NCBI GenBank assembly: GCA_038215845.1
Contig: JBBQQN010000001.1
Coordinates: forward strand, 451-64,450
Source of the DNA: Flavobacteriales bacterium
Lineage (GTDB): Bacteria; Bacteroidota; Bacteroidia; Flavobacteriales; Flavobacteriaceae
Reading direction: 5' to 3'
Length of the DNA: 64,000 nucleotides
Positions 9,034-18,973 of the stretch are shown here, piece by piece (position 1 is the first letter of the stretch; the number at the start of each line of letters is the position of its first letter). A program made the position numbers and the translations under genes. The notes below the pieces were generated by a model. It was not told the origin of the DNA, searched no databases, and saw only the letters and a list, made by a program, of their open reading frames with translations.

Positions 9034-11859
9034 TTAAAATGAATAGGAAACCCCAGCACTGAAAACAACTCCCCTTTTATAGGTTTCAACCGTAGTTTCC
9101 TGTCCGTCGGGCAATGAAGGATTTGGCACACCAATATTGTTGACATCCTGGGTCAGTTTATACTCTGGATCCAGTATGTTTTTAATGTTAAGTTTAATAC
9201 CAAGATTTTCTGTTACTGAAAATTTGTTGATGAAATCCAAAGTGGGGATAGCAGAAAGCACAATATTATTTCTCCCAGAACCAGGGTTGGCATCATCGCC
9301 TCCCGTACCTAATGAGTAAATACTTGAACTATTGTAATTGAAAACAACCGAGCTGGTAAGTGCCCTTTCGCCTTTTTGCAAATTCAAGGTTAAATCTGAT
9401 CCAAGAATAAAGGGTGAAGAACCTTCAAGTTCATCCTCTTTGTTTGTAAAACGAACGGTAAGATTATCGGTAGGAACATCTTCCAATTGCTGGTTGGAGT
9501 ATAAATAGGAAGCATTGACCCCAAAAGAAAGTGTTTTTTCAGTATCAGAATCTGTGGAAAGTTTCAAGATGTTTTTGCGAAGCTCAAATTCAAGACCCGC
9601 TACATCTGCATCTCCTGTATTCACATAGGATAATTCGCCTGCGGCTGAATTTACTTCAATCCTGTTTATGGCATTCTTGATGTTTTTGTAGAATCCAGTA
9701 AGTGAAATAATTTCACCAGGGCTGAAATAATATTCATATTTTAAATCAAGGTTATAGTTGTCCGCAGCCAAAAGGTTTGGATTTCCAAAACTGTTGAAGG
9801 TTACATCCTCATATAAAAATGGCGCCACTTCCTTAAACTGTGGAAGGGTATAGGTTTTACTTCCCGCAAGACGAATGATGCTGTTTTCGGTAAAGTTGTA
9901 TTTTAAGTTGAAACTTGGCAAAACGTAACTTTCGTCAATCAATGATGGATCGGTATTGGGGTCATTGGTTGATGCCAGATTGGTATCAAAATTTACTTCC
10001 TGTTTAATTTTTTCGTAGCGCACCCCTGCATTTGCTGAAAAGCTTTGTGAAAAATCATACGAAACTTCTGCAAGTCCAGCGTGGATTTTCCTTTTGCCAT
10101 CATAGGAAAAAGGAATGAAAGGGTCCGTGCCATCCCTGCCATCGCCACGGTTGGTGGTAAGTCTAAAAATACCGTCATTAAGTGATTGTTGGTTGAATAA
10201 CGATGTGTCCGGATTATCGATATCTACTACAGCGGGGCTATCTAATATGTAGTTAATCTGCGTATAATTAAAGGTTCTGTCAGTATCTCTGTAATTGTAT
10301 CCCAAACGGATCCTACTGTTATCGCTATCTTCATTTTGCCCGTTCAGGGAATAATCTAAATAAAGTTTTCCGGCAAGATCGTTTTCTTCCAATTTTGAAT
10401 AAAATCTACTGTTCAAAGCACTTCCCGAAGCTGCGCGTGCCACGTCTGTATTAACGTCAATTACATAGGTGTTCGTTCTTCTATCCGGCTCATATCCGCG
10501 AATGGTATTATATGAAGCGCCAGCCTCAACGCTTAATTTATCGGTAAGGGTGAAACCTCCCAAAAGTTGGTTAACAAAAAGATTATTTTCGTTTTCCTGT
10601 TGTCTTCTTATAAATGCCCTAATAGGATTGCCTTCTTCATTATTTTCAGTAAGACCTGCTTTTAGGCCGTAATAGTCCGCAACACTTTGTCCGTTATTTT
10701 TAATGAACATGCTGTTAACTGCAATGTAATCTCCGCTAGAAAAGCGGAATTTTATATTCCCCATTGCCAATTTGGAAACATTGTAATTGTATTCCGTACG
10801 GTTAAAATCCTGCTGCAATCCTCCTGCGGCATTTATTCTATCTGAAGAACCTTCGCGGTATTCGTATTTGCTGTCAAAATTTCCTACAAAAAATAAACTC
10901 AGTCTATTATTACCAATATCAAAGCGTTTTCCGCCAGAAAGGGCATAGCTAGAATTGAGTTGTGCATTTTGTGTTTCAGGTTTGAAGTTATTGTCGAAAT
11001 TATGCACACTTAAATCTGTCAACGGAACATTTACATCGTGAATGTTACCTATATAGCGGGCATTATCCATGATTAAAAACTTTTTCCCAATGGCACGTGA
11101 ATTAACTTCGGGTGAAATAGAAAACTGCAGATTGCCCGGACCATTAAGTTCCTTGCTTACAATATTTATGTTTGCTCCAGCTACATCACCATAAAGTGGC
11201 ACAGAAAAGGTTTTGTTTATGCCCACACTCTCTATAATGTCCGAAGAAAAGAAATCAAGTGCAATGTTTTTGTATTCGGGATCTTCCGAAGGTAATGGCA
11301 GTTCATTTAAAGTAGTAGAGTTATAACGGTCACCCAGCCCTCTCACAAAAATGTTTTTTACGCCTGCTTGTTTTTTTACGCCCGTTACCTTAGTTACCGC
11401 GCCTTCGGCATCACTAACACCTTTTCTGGCAAGGTCTTCGGCTCCTATTGATTGGCTTATGCCTACTGCTTTCTTTTGCTCGAGCAGCAAGGCTACAACG
11501 CTTTCTTTTCTGGTAGTGGTTTTTATAACTACTTCGTCCAATGCGGCTGCACTTGCGCTCATGGGCACATCAATATTTGTAACTTTATCCGCCACTACAC
11601 TTACATTGGGTAGTTCCACGGTTTCATAACCTACAAAACTGTAGACTACCGTATAGGTTCCCGGAGTAACGTTGTCTAGTGAATATAGACCGTCAATATC
11701 TGATGTTACACCTTTATTGGTGCCTTTTAAAAATATATTTACAAAAGGCAATGGTTCGTCATTGTAATCCTTGTCTGTTAATTTACCCACAATTGACCCA
11801 CTTTGGGCGATGGATATTGAGGTTAAAAGGAAAAAAAATAATTTTAAAAAAGTTCTCAT
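9034..11859 (-). CDS. TonB-dependent receptor with an N-terminal carboxypeptidase-regulatory-like domain
   Basis: 941 aa with a signal peptide, a CarbopepD_reg-like segment (GTYTVVYSFVGYETVEL), a plug region and a terminal ...AGVSYSF beta-barrel end. Confidence 0.9.
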   Translation of the reverse strand: MRTFLKLFFFLLTSISIAQSGSIVGKLTDKDYNDEPLPFVNIFLKGTNKGVTSDIDGLYSLDNVTPGTYTVVYSFVGYETVELPNVSVVADKVTNIDVPMSASAAALDEVVIKTTTRKESVVALLLEQKKAVGISQSIGAEDLARKGVSDAEGAVTKVTGVKKQAGVKNIFVRGLGDRYNSTTLNELPLPSEDPEYKNIALDFFSSDIIESVGINKTFSVPLYGDVAGANINIVSKELNGPGNLQFSISPEVNSRAIGKKFLIMDNARYIGNIHDVNVPLTDLSVHNFDNNFKPETQNAQLNSSYALSGGKRFDIGNNRLSLFFVGNFDSKYEYREGSSDRINAAGGLQQDFNRTEYNYNVSKLAMGNIKFRFSSGDYIAVNSMFIKNNGQSVADYYGLKAGLTENNEEGNPIRAFIRRQQENENNLFVNQLLGGFTLTDKLSVEAGASYNTIRGYEPDRRTNTYVIDVNTDVARAASGSALNSRFYSKLEENDLAGKLYLDYSLNGQNEDSDNSRIRLGYNYRDTDRTFNYTQINYILDSPAVVDIDNPDTSLFNQQSLNDGIFRLTTNRGDGRDGTDPFIPFSYDGKRKIHAGLAEVSYDFSQSFSANAGVRYEKIKQEVNFDTNLASTNDPNTDPSLIDESYVLPSFNLKYNFTENSIIRLAGSKTYTLPQFKEVAPFLYEDVTFNSFGNPNLLAADNYNLDLKYEYYFSPGEIISLTGFYKNIKNAINRIEVNSAAGELSYVNTGDADVAGLEFELRKNILKLSTDSDTEKTLSFGVNASYLYSNQQLEDVPTDNLTVRFTNKEDELEGSSPFILGSDLTLNLQKGERALTSSVVFNYNSSSIYSLGTGGDDANPGSGRNNIVLSAIPTLDFINKFSVTENLGIKLNIKNILDPEYKLTQDVNNIGVPNPSLPDGQETTVETYKRGVVFSAGVSYSF

Positions 11860-11917
11860 TTTTGTCGATAATTTAGTTTGTGCAAAGGAACTGCCACAAT
11901 GTAAAGGGCACGTTAAT

Positions 11918-11961
11918 TATAGATTACCAATAGGTCATTTTAGGGTTACTTAAATGTTAAG
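11918..11961 (-). promoter_or_regulatory. Phased Pho-box-like units upstream of the TBDR gene
   Basis: ATTAC, GTCAT, GTTAC and GTTAA begin at 11923, 11934, 11945 and 11956, exactly 11 bp apart. The minus strand reads TTAACA-TTTAA-GTAACC. Confidence 0.35.
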
Positions 11962-12026
11962 AACCAATTTTAAATTAGGTATTGCTTTGCCTTTTGAAAA
12001 TGTTATCTTGCCTTAAATTTTTTGAT

Positions 12027-13367
12027 ATGATGCATTGGGAACAATTGCTTTCCTTGAGAAAGCAGGGGGTTAAAAACAAAAGGCTGCGAACTGAGGAAAA
12101 TGAAACCCGTCTTGGCTTTGAGGTGGATTATGACCGGGTAATCTTTTCTTCGGCTTTTAGAAGCCTTCAAGATAAAACGCAGGTTATTCCGCTTTCAAAA
12201 ACCTCATTTGTCCATACCCGTTTGACCCATAGTTTGGAAGTTTCAGTGGTTGGCAGATCGCTTGGAAGAACAGTGGGCAAAGTGATTTTGGAAAAACATC
12301 CCCATTTACAGAAAACCCACGGATACCATTTTAACGATTTTGGTGCAATAGTGGCAGCTGCTGCTTTGGCGCACGATATAGGGAATCCCCCTTTCGGCCA
12401 CAGCGGTGAGAAGGCGATAGGCGATTATTTTTTGAACGGCAATGGCAAACGCTTTAAAGACCGATTAACCGCAAAGGAATATCAGGATTTAATTGATTTT
12501 GAAGGCAATGCCAACGGCTTTAAAATACTCACGGAATCCAAAAATGGCGTTGATGGAGGGCTTCGGCTTACCTATGCTACTTTGGGCGCCTATATGAAAT
12601 ATCCCAAGGAATCTCTTCCCAAAAAACCTACCTCACATGTGGCCGATAAAAAATTTGGAATTTTCCAGAGCGACACCTTATTTTTTGATGAGGTTGCAGG
12701 AGAACTTGGTTTGTTGAAAAGAAACCCGGAAGAAAAAATGAACTATTGCAGGCACCCATTGGCATATTTAGTGGAGGCCGCCGATGATATTTGCTACACC
12801 ATAATAGATTTTGAGGACGGCATTAATTTAGGCTTAATAGAGGAAGATATTGCGCTGGAATACCTTATCAATTTAGTGAAAAACAATTTAAAAAAAGATG
12901 TTTATTCCAGGTTACAAACTCCACAGGATAGGCTTGCCTATTTGCGTTCCTTGGCAATAAATACGCTTATAGCCGAAGCAACAACTATATTTTTGGACAA
13001 TGAAGAAGAAATTTTGAAAGGGAATTTTTCGGAAGCATTATTGGAAAAAAGTAACTACAAAGCCCAAATAGACGATATTCTCAAAATCAGCAAGGAAAAA
13101 ATATATCAAAGCACCGAGGTGATGGAAAAGGAGATTGCTGGATATACTATTTTATCAACGCTATTGGATGGGTACACCACTGCTTTCGAAAATTATCAGA
13201 ATGGAAATGCCCGCCAGTACGATAAGCTTCTACTTCGGATATTTGGGCAAGACACTTCACGGGAATTTACGGTCTACCAATATTTAATGGAATGCTGCAA
13301 TTTTGTTTCGCGACTTACAGATGGAAATGCACTCCAAATTTTTCAAAAAATAAAAGGAAACCTATAA
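12027..13367 (+). CDS. dgt: dGTP triphosphohydrolase-like HD-domain protein
   Basis: HD-domain motifs RLTHSLEV and AALAHDIGNPPFGH are present. The ATG at 12027 is preferred over the TTG at 11982. Confidence 0.85.
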   Translation: MMHWEQLLSLRKQGVKNKRLRTEENETRLGFEVDYDRVIFSSAFRSLQDKTQVIPLSKTSFVHTRLTHSLEVSVVGRSLGRTVGKVILEKHPHLQKTHGYHFNDFGAIVAAAALAHDIGNPPFGHSGEKAIGDYFLNGNGKRFKDRLTAKEYQDLIDFEGNANGFKILTESKNGVDGGLRLTYATLGAYMKYPKESLPKKPTSHVADKKFGIFQSDTLFFDEVAGELGLLKRNPEEKMNYCRHPLAYLVEAADDICYTIIDFEDGINLGLIEEDIALEYLINLVKNNLKKDVYSRLQTPQDRLAYLRSLAINTLIAEATTIFLDNEEEILKGNFSEALLEKSNYKAQIDDILKISKEKIYQSTEVMEKEIAGYTILSTLLDGYTTAFENYQNGNARQYDKLLLRIFGQDTSREFTVYQYLMECCNFVSRLTDGNALQIFQKIKGNL

Positions 13368-13501
13368 AAGCATGGGGACAGAACTGTTAAATATTTAATT
13401 CTTACCGAGAAATCCGTGTTTTTATAATATTTTTAAGAAATGTATTTGTAAGACTTATTGAATACACATTCCCATTTTATAATTTAATCCAAAAAATCAA
13501 C

Positions 13502-16096
13502 ATGAAAAAAATTCTTTACTTAATTATCATTTTTTCTGTAAATGCATCCTTTTCACAGGATTACAGCGGTGTGATAAAATCGTATCTACAACAAAACCGA
13601 TCGGAATATTCATTGCAATCGCAGGATATATCAGACATCTCTATTGCCTCCGAGAGTTTCTCAAAGAGCCTCAAAGCTTCTACTGTTTATATGGAGCAGC
13701 GCAATCAGGGCATAAAGGTATTTAATTCCACTTCGCCTTTTGTTGTAAAAAATGGGGCTGTGGTTTCTGCAAAAGTTTCTTTTGTTGCCAACATGGCTTC
13801 AAAAGTGAATGCAACTAGTCCAGGAATAACTGCGCAGATGGCAATATCAAAAGCGGCAGCAGCCCTTGACTTAAATGCTCCTTCCAATCTAACTTTACTT
13901 GAAACAGGAGCCGATAATTCCTATGTATTTTCCAATGGATCTATTTCTTTGGAAAACATTCCTGTACAATTGGTCTATCAAAATATGGAAGATTTAAACT
14001 CATTAAGACTGGCTTGGGATCTAAGTATTTATTTATTGAATGCTGACCATTATTACAATGTTCGCATTGATGCCATGTCTGGTGAGCTATTACAGAAAAT
14101 GGATTGGGTTTCGCAGTGCGAATTTCCAGATTTCTCTTCTATGCACAACGGGAAGGCTTCAAATAATAGTGAAAGTATTCTGTTTGAAAAAAGCGCCGCG
14201 ACTGAGAAAAATCCTATGGGTGGATCTCAATACCGTGTTTTTGCTTTACCATTAAGAAACCCAGATGATGGTGGAGATACCGTAGTAAATACTCCTGAGG
14301 ACAACACTGCTTCTCCTTTTGGATGGCATGATACTAATGCAGCGGCTGGGGCAGAATTTACTATTACACGAGGAAACAATGCCTATGCTTATTTGGATTT
14401 GTGCGATACAGGTTCTGGAGCTTCACCTGATGGTGGCGCCCCTTTGAATTTTGATTTCCCATTTGATTTACCTCGATCTCCAGTTGATTATAGAGATGCA
14501 GCTACCGTAAATTTATTTTATTTAAACAATATTATTCACGACGTAATGTATCAATATGGCTTTGATGAGGCCAGTGGTAACTTTCAGGAAAACAGTTATG
14601 GCAACGGCGGTACTGGCAGTGATTCAGTAAATGCTGAGGCACAAGATGGTGGAGGAACCAATAATGCAAATTTCGGAACCCCTCCTGATGGAAGTAATCC
14701 AAGAATGCAAATGTATATTTGGACAGGTACCGTAGGTACTGTTCCTAATATATTCACTATTAATGGTGGGCCTTTAGCTGGTGTTTATGGTGGAGTTCCT
14801 GCAGGTTTTGGCGGCGCCATTCCTACTACCTTAACAGGAGATTTAGCTTTAATCGAAGACGATGATGCGGGTACTTCTTCCGATCCAAATGACGGTTGTG
14901 ATAACATTACCAATGGTGGTTCCTTAAGCGGAAAAATTGTAGTAATTAGAAGAGGTGATTGCGAATTCGGAGTTAAAGTATTGGCTGCCCAAAATAACGG
15001 TGCCATTGCAGCTATTGTTGTAAACAATGTAGCCGGTGCTCCACCCCTTATGGGAGCAGGAGTTGTGGGCTGCCAAGTTACTATACCCGCCTTTGCTATA
15101 TCAAATGTGGATGGTGAACCCATAATTACACAACTTCAGGGAGCTGGATCCGTAAATGGAACCATAAATGGAACAGACGTCCCTCTTAGTCTTGATGGCG
15201 ATTTGGATACTGAAATTGTAACACATGAATATGGACATGGAATATCAAACAGGCTTACTGGAGGTCGTTTTAACACTAGCTGTTTGCAAAATGAAGAGCA
15301 AATGGGAGAAGGCTGGAGTGATTTCTTTGCCTTGGTTATGACAATTCATAATGGAGACCAGGCAGAAGATATACGTGCAATGGGCTCATATGCGTCTGGG
15401 GATCCAAACGGGATAAGAACATATCCTTACAGTACTGATTTTGGAATAAACCCACATACCTATGACGATATTAAAACTGAAGTTGCACCCCATGGAGTAG
15501 GTTCCGTATGGACAGCTATGCTTTGGGAAATGACTTGGGATCTAATAGATGAATATGGTTTTGATGAAGATATATACAATGGCACTGGCGGTAACAATAT
15601 CGCATTGCAATTGGTGATGGATGGTCTAAAATTACAACCATGTAGTCCAGGATTTGTTGATGGAAGGGATGCTATCCTTGAAGCTGATGACATAGCCAAT
15701 GGAGGTGCAAATAGATGTATTATCTGGCGTGCTTTTGCTCGAAGAGGTTTAGGACTAAGTGCTAATCAAGGAAGCTCAAATAGCAAATCTGATGGTACCG
15801 AAGCCTTCGATGTTCCTACAGATTGTCAATTAGGTGTAAACGATAATGGAAGTATCCAAAACAACTTCATTCTTTATCCGAACCCATCTAATGGAGAAAT
15901 CAATATTAAGGCTAGATTGGATATGGGCGATGTTAACATTACCATATTTGATATGAACGGTAGAAAAGTATTCAACAAGAATGTTGAATTACATACAGCC
16001 GCCAATATTAATGCCAGCGGATTGAAAACAGGAATTTACCTGATTCAGCTTGAGGGCGATAATTATACTCAAACATCTAAGCTTATTATAAAATAA
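13502..16096 (+). CDS. Secreted M36 (fungalysin-type) metalloprotease with a PA domain and a T9SS C-terminal sorting domain
   Basis: 864 aa with a signal peptide and HEYGHGISNRLTGG plus EGWSDFF zinc motifs. A PA-like insert (GKIVVIRRGDCEFGVK) is present. The C-terminal YPNPSNGEINI...GIYLIQL tail is T9SS-type. Confidence 0.85.
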   Translation: MKKILYLIIIFSVNASFSQDYSGVIKSYLQQNRSEYSLQSQDISDISIASESFSKSLKASTVYMEQRNQGIKVFNSTSPFVVKNGAVVSAKVSFVANMASKVNATSPGITAQMAISKAAAALDLNAPSNLTLLETGADNSYVFSNGSISLENIPVQLVYQNMEDLNSLRLAWDLSIYLLNADHYYNVRIDAMSGELLQKMDWVSQCEFPDFSSMHNGKASNNSESILFEKSAATEKNPMGGSQYRVFALPLRNPDDGGDTVVNTPEDNTASPFGWHDTNAAAGAEFTITRGNNAYAYLDLCDTGSGASPDGGAPLNFDFPFDLPRSPVDYRDAATVNLFYLNNIIHDVMYQYGFDEASGNFQENSYGNGGTGSDSVNAEAQDGGGTNNANFGTPPDGSNPRMQMYIWTGTVGTVPNIFTINGGPLAGVYGGVPAGFGGAIPTTLTGDLALIEDDDAGTSSDPNDGCDNITNGGSLSGKIVVIRRGDCEFGVKVLAAQNNGAIAAIVVNNVAGAPPLMGAGVVGCQVTIPAFAISNVDGEPIITQLQGAGSVNGTINGTDVPLSLDGDLDTEIVTHEYGHGISNRLTGGRFNTSCLQNEEQMGEGWSDFFALVMTIHNGDQAEDIRAMGSYASGDPNGIRTYPYSTDFGINPHTYDDIKTEVAPHGVGSVWTAMLWEMTWDLIDEYGFDEDIYNGTGGNNIALQLVMDGLKLQPCSPGFVDGRDAILEADDIANGGANRCIIWRAFARRGLGLSANQGSSNSKSDGTEAFDVPTDCQLGVNDNGSIQNNFILYPNPSNGEINIKARLDMGDVNITIFDMNGRKVFNKNVELHTAANINASGLKTGIYLIQLEGDNYTQTSKLIIK

Positions 16097-16118
16097 AATA
16101 GCTTTCCATAATTGAAGT

Positions 16119-16148
16119 AAGAGAGGCCTTTTGGCCTCTTTTATTTTT
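16119..16148 (+). terminator. Terminator after the first M36 gene
   Basis: aagagaggcc tttt ggcctctt hairpin followed by a T-rich tail. Confidence 0.6.
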
Positions 16149-16331
16149 AGGGTCACCGTGTAGTTTTAATTAGAGTAGAAAATATTTATATGTTAAATAT
16201 TGAATTAGAGAAGGTTATATCATCAATTTTATAATATTTTTATAATTCATATTTCGCAGGAAAATAAACCCACACTTATGTAGATCAACGGCTTCTTGAT
16301 CTTATTCACCGAAAAATTTAATTTTAAGCTT

Positions 16332-18923
16332 ATGAAAAAAGTTCTTTACTTAATTATCATTTTCACTGTTAATATATCCTTTGCACAGGATTACAGCAAT
16401 GTGGTAAAATCGTACCTTCAGCAAAACCGTTCCCAATATTCGCTCGAGCAGCAGGATATCTCGGACGTTTCAATTACTTCACAGAGTTTCTCCAAAAGCC
16501 TGAAGGCTTCTACTGTTTATGTTGAACAGCGCCATCATGGCATTAAAGTATTTAATTCCACTTCACCTTTTGTTATAAAAAATGGTGCCGTGGCCACTGC
16601 AAAAATTTCATTTATCAATAATATTTCTGCAAAAGCGAATACCACAAGCCCTTCCATTTCAGCCCTATCGGCTATTTCAATAGCGGCAAATTCACTGGGC
16701 CTTCAAAATCCTTCAAATTTAAATTTGATTGAAACAGTGGGCGACAATTCCTACCTATTTTCAAACGGAAATATTTCCCTTGAAAACATTCCAGTAGAAT
16801 TGGTCTACCAACCAATAACCGAAAACGGAACGGTAAGACTGGCGTGGAATTTAAGTATCTATCTTTTGGATGCAAGCCATTACTATAGTTTTCGTGTTGA
16901 TGCTGCAACCGGTAGTGTAATCGCAACGGATGATTGGGTTGTTAATTGCTCAATTGAAGGGGCCGAACATTCACACAGCAATGAAAAGAGCCTGCTTTTT
17001 GCTGAAACAAACAAAGACTTAAAGCCAATAGCGGTTGGAGGTCCTGCCTATCGGGTTTTCCCCTTGCCTTTTATCGGTCCCAATGAAGGGGCAGATCAGT
17101 TATTGACAGATCCTTCTAATCCTATTGCATCTCCTTTCGGCTGGCATGATACAGATGGCATGGCTGGCGCCGAGTTTACAATTACTCGGGGTAATAATGT
17201 GTGGTCACAGGATGACATAAATGGAAATAACGGAACTGGCTCTTCACCAGATGCGGGTGCCACCCTTATTTTTGATTATCCCTTTAATTTACCCGAACCT
17301 CCTGTAAATTTTCTAAATGGAGCCATAACGAATCTTTTTTATATGAATAATTTGATGCATGATATTATGTATCAATATGGCTTCGATGAAGCAAGCGGTA
17401 ACTTTCAATCAAACAATTACGATAATGGTGGCAGTGGGGGCGATTTTGTTTACGCTGATGCCCAAGATGGCAGTGGAACAAACAATGCCAATTTTGGAAC
17501 CCCTCCTGATGGAAGTAACCCTAGAATGCAAATGTACCTATGGACAGCCCCAGGAAAAGTTCTAGGAACCTTAATGACCGTAAATAACGGTCCTTTGGCT
17601 GGCCAGTATTACGCCTATGACTCTAACTTTCCTGTGCCATTGCCCGCAACTCCCATTACTTCAGATTTGGTTTTAATGGAAGACGATAATGCCGGTACAT
17701 CTACCGATCCTTACGATGGTTGTGATAACATAACAAATGCTGCTGCCGTTAATGGAAAAATAGCGGTAGTAAGAAGAGGGGATTGTAACTTTTCCGTTAA
17801 GGCCTTGGCAGCCCAAAATGCAGGGGCAATTGCTTTAATAGTAGTAAATAATCTGCCAGTAGACCCAATTAGAATGAACGGAACGGTAGCCATACCCGCT
17901 ATTATGATATATCAAGCAGATGGGGAAGCCATTATTACTGCCTTACTTAATGGCGAAACTGTAAATGCAACTCTTCAGGATGATGGATCTGGCGATGATC
18001 CCTTTCAAAGGGATGGCGATCTTGACAATGTAATTATTGCGCATGAATACGGTCACGGTATTTCTAACCGCTTAACTGGCGGTCCTGCAGCTTCCAATTG
18101 TTTACAAAACGATGAACAAATGGGTGAAGGCTGGAGCGATTATTTTGGTCTTATGATTACCATGAAAAATGGTGAAAGTGCGGATGATGTAAGAGGTATT
18201 GGTACCTACGCTCTGGGACAAGGAATAAGGGGTGCAGGTCTTAGAACCCAGCCTTACAGCAGGAATATGATTAACAATGATTTTACTTACGATGATATCA
18301 AAACACAAGCTATACCTCATGGTGTGGGATCTGTTTGGGCCACCATGTTATGGGACCTTACGTGGGATTTAATAGATGAATATGGCTTTGATCCAGATAT
18401 TTACAATGGAACTGGTGGAAATAACATAGCCCTACAACTGGTAATTGATGGTTTAAAGCTTCAGCCGTGCAGTCCCGGCTTCGTTAGCGGAAGAGATGCT
18501 ATCTTGGAAGCTGATGAAATTGCCAATGGCGGTGCAAACAGATGTATAATTTGGAGAGCTTTTGCCCGAAGAGGTCTAGGCCTTAGCGCAAGCCAAGGAA
18601 CAGCATTTAGCAGATCGGACGGGACGGAAGCCTTTGATTTGCCAGTTGATTGCCTTTTGGGTGTGGGAGATAACGGAAACCTTGAAAATAAATTTATCAT
18701 TTATCCCAATCCATCCAACGGTGAAATCAATATACAAAGCAAGTTTGATTTAGGTAACGTTACCGTATCCATATTTGATATCAATGGCAGAAAGGTTTTC
18801 AACCAAGAAATTGAATTGCACCATACTGCCAATCTTAATGCAAGCGGCCTAAAAACGGGTATTTATTTAATGCAGATAGATGGCCCCAATTATTCACATA
18901 CGGCAAAACTGATTATAAACTAA
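16332..18923 (+). CDS. Paralogous M36 metalloprotease with a PA domain and a T9SS C-terminal domain
   Basis: Collinear with the 13502 gene, with the same HEYGHGISNRLTGG motif and T9SS tail. The ATG at 16332 gives a matching MKKVLYLIIIF signal peptide. Confidence 0.85.
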   Translation: MKKVLYLIIIFTVNISFAQDYSNVVKSYLQQNRSQYSLEQQDISDVSITSQSFSKSLKASTVYVEQRHHGIKVFNSTSPFVIKNGAVATAKISFINNISAKANTTSPSISALSAISIAANSLGLQNPSNLNLIETVGDNSYLFSNGNISLENIPVELVYQPITENGTVRLAWNLSIYLLDASHYYSFRVDAATGSVIATDDWVVNCSIEGAEHSHSNEKSLLFAETNKDLKPIAVGGPAYRVFPLPFIGPNEGADQLLTDPSNPIASPFGWHDTDGMAGAEFTITRGNNVWSQDDINGNNGTGSSPDAGATLIFDYPFNLPEPPVNFLNGAITNLFYMNNLMHDIMYQYGFDEASGNFQSNNYDNGGSGGDFVYADAQDGSGTNNANFGTPPDGSNPRMQMYLWTAPGKVLGTLMTVNNGPLAGQYYAYDSNFPVPLPATPITSDLVLMEDDNAGTSTDPYDGCDNITNAAAVNGKIAVVRRGDCNFSVKALAAQNAGAIALIVVNNLPVDPIRMNGTVAIPAIMIYQADGEAIITALLNGETVNATLQDDGSGDDPFQRDGDLDNVIIAHEYGHGISNRLTGGPAASNCLQNDEQMGEGWSDYFGLMITMKNGESADDVRGIGTYALGQGIRGAGLRTQPYSRNMINNDFTYDDIKTQAIPHGVGSVWATMLWDLTWDLIDEYGFDPDIYNGTGGNNIALQLVIDGLKLQPCSPGFVSGRDAILEADEIANGGANRCIIWRAFARRGLGLSASQGTAFSRSDGTEAFDLPVDCLLGVGDNGNLENKFIIYPNPSNGEINIQSKFDLGNVTVSIFDINGRKVFNQEIELHHTANLNASGLKTGIYLMQIDGPNYSHTAKLIIN

Positions 18924-18940
18924 AAAGTTTTAAGTATATA

Positions 18941-18973
18941 AAAAAAAGAGGCTCACCTGGGCCTCTTTTTTTT
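18941..18973. terminator. Bidirectional terminator (M36 gene / dxs)
   Basis: aaaaaaagaggc...gcctctttttttt hairpin between convergent genes. On the plus strand its T-run overlaps the dxs stop codon by 2 nt. Confidence 0.6.
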
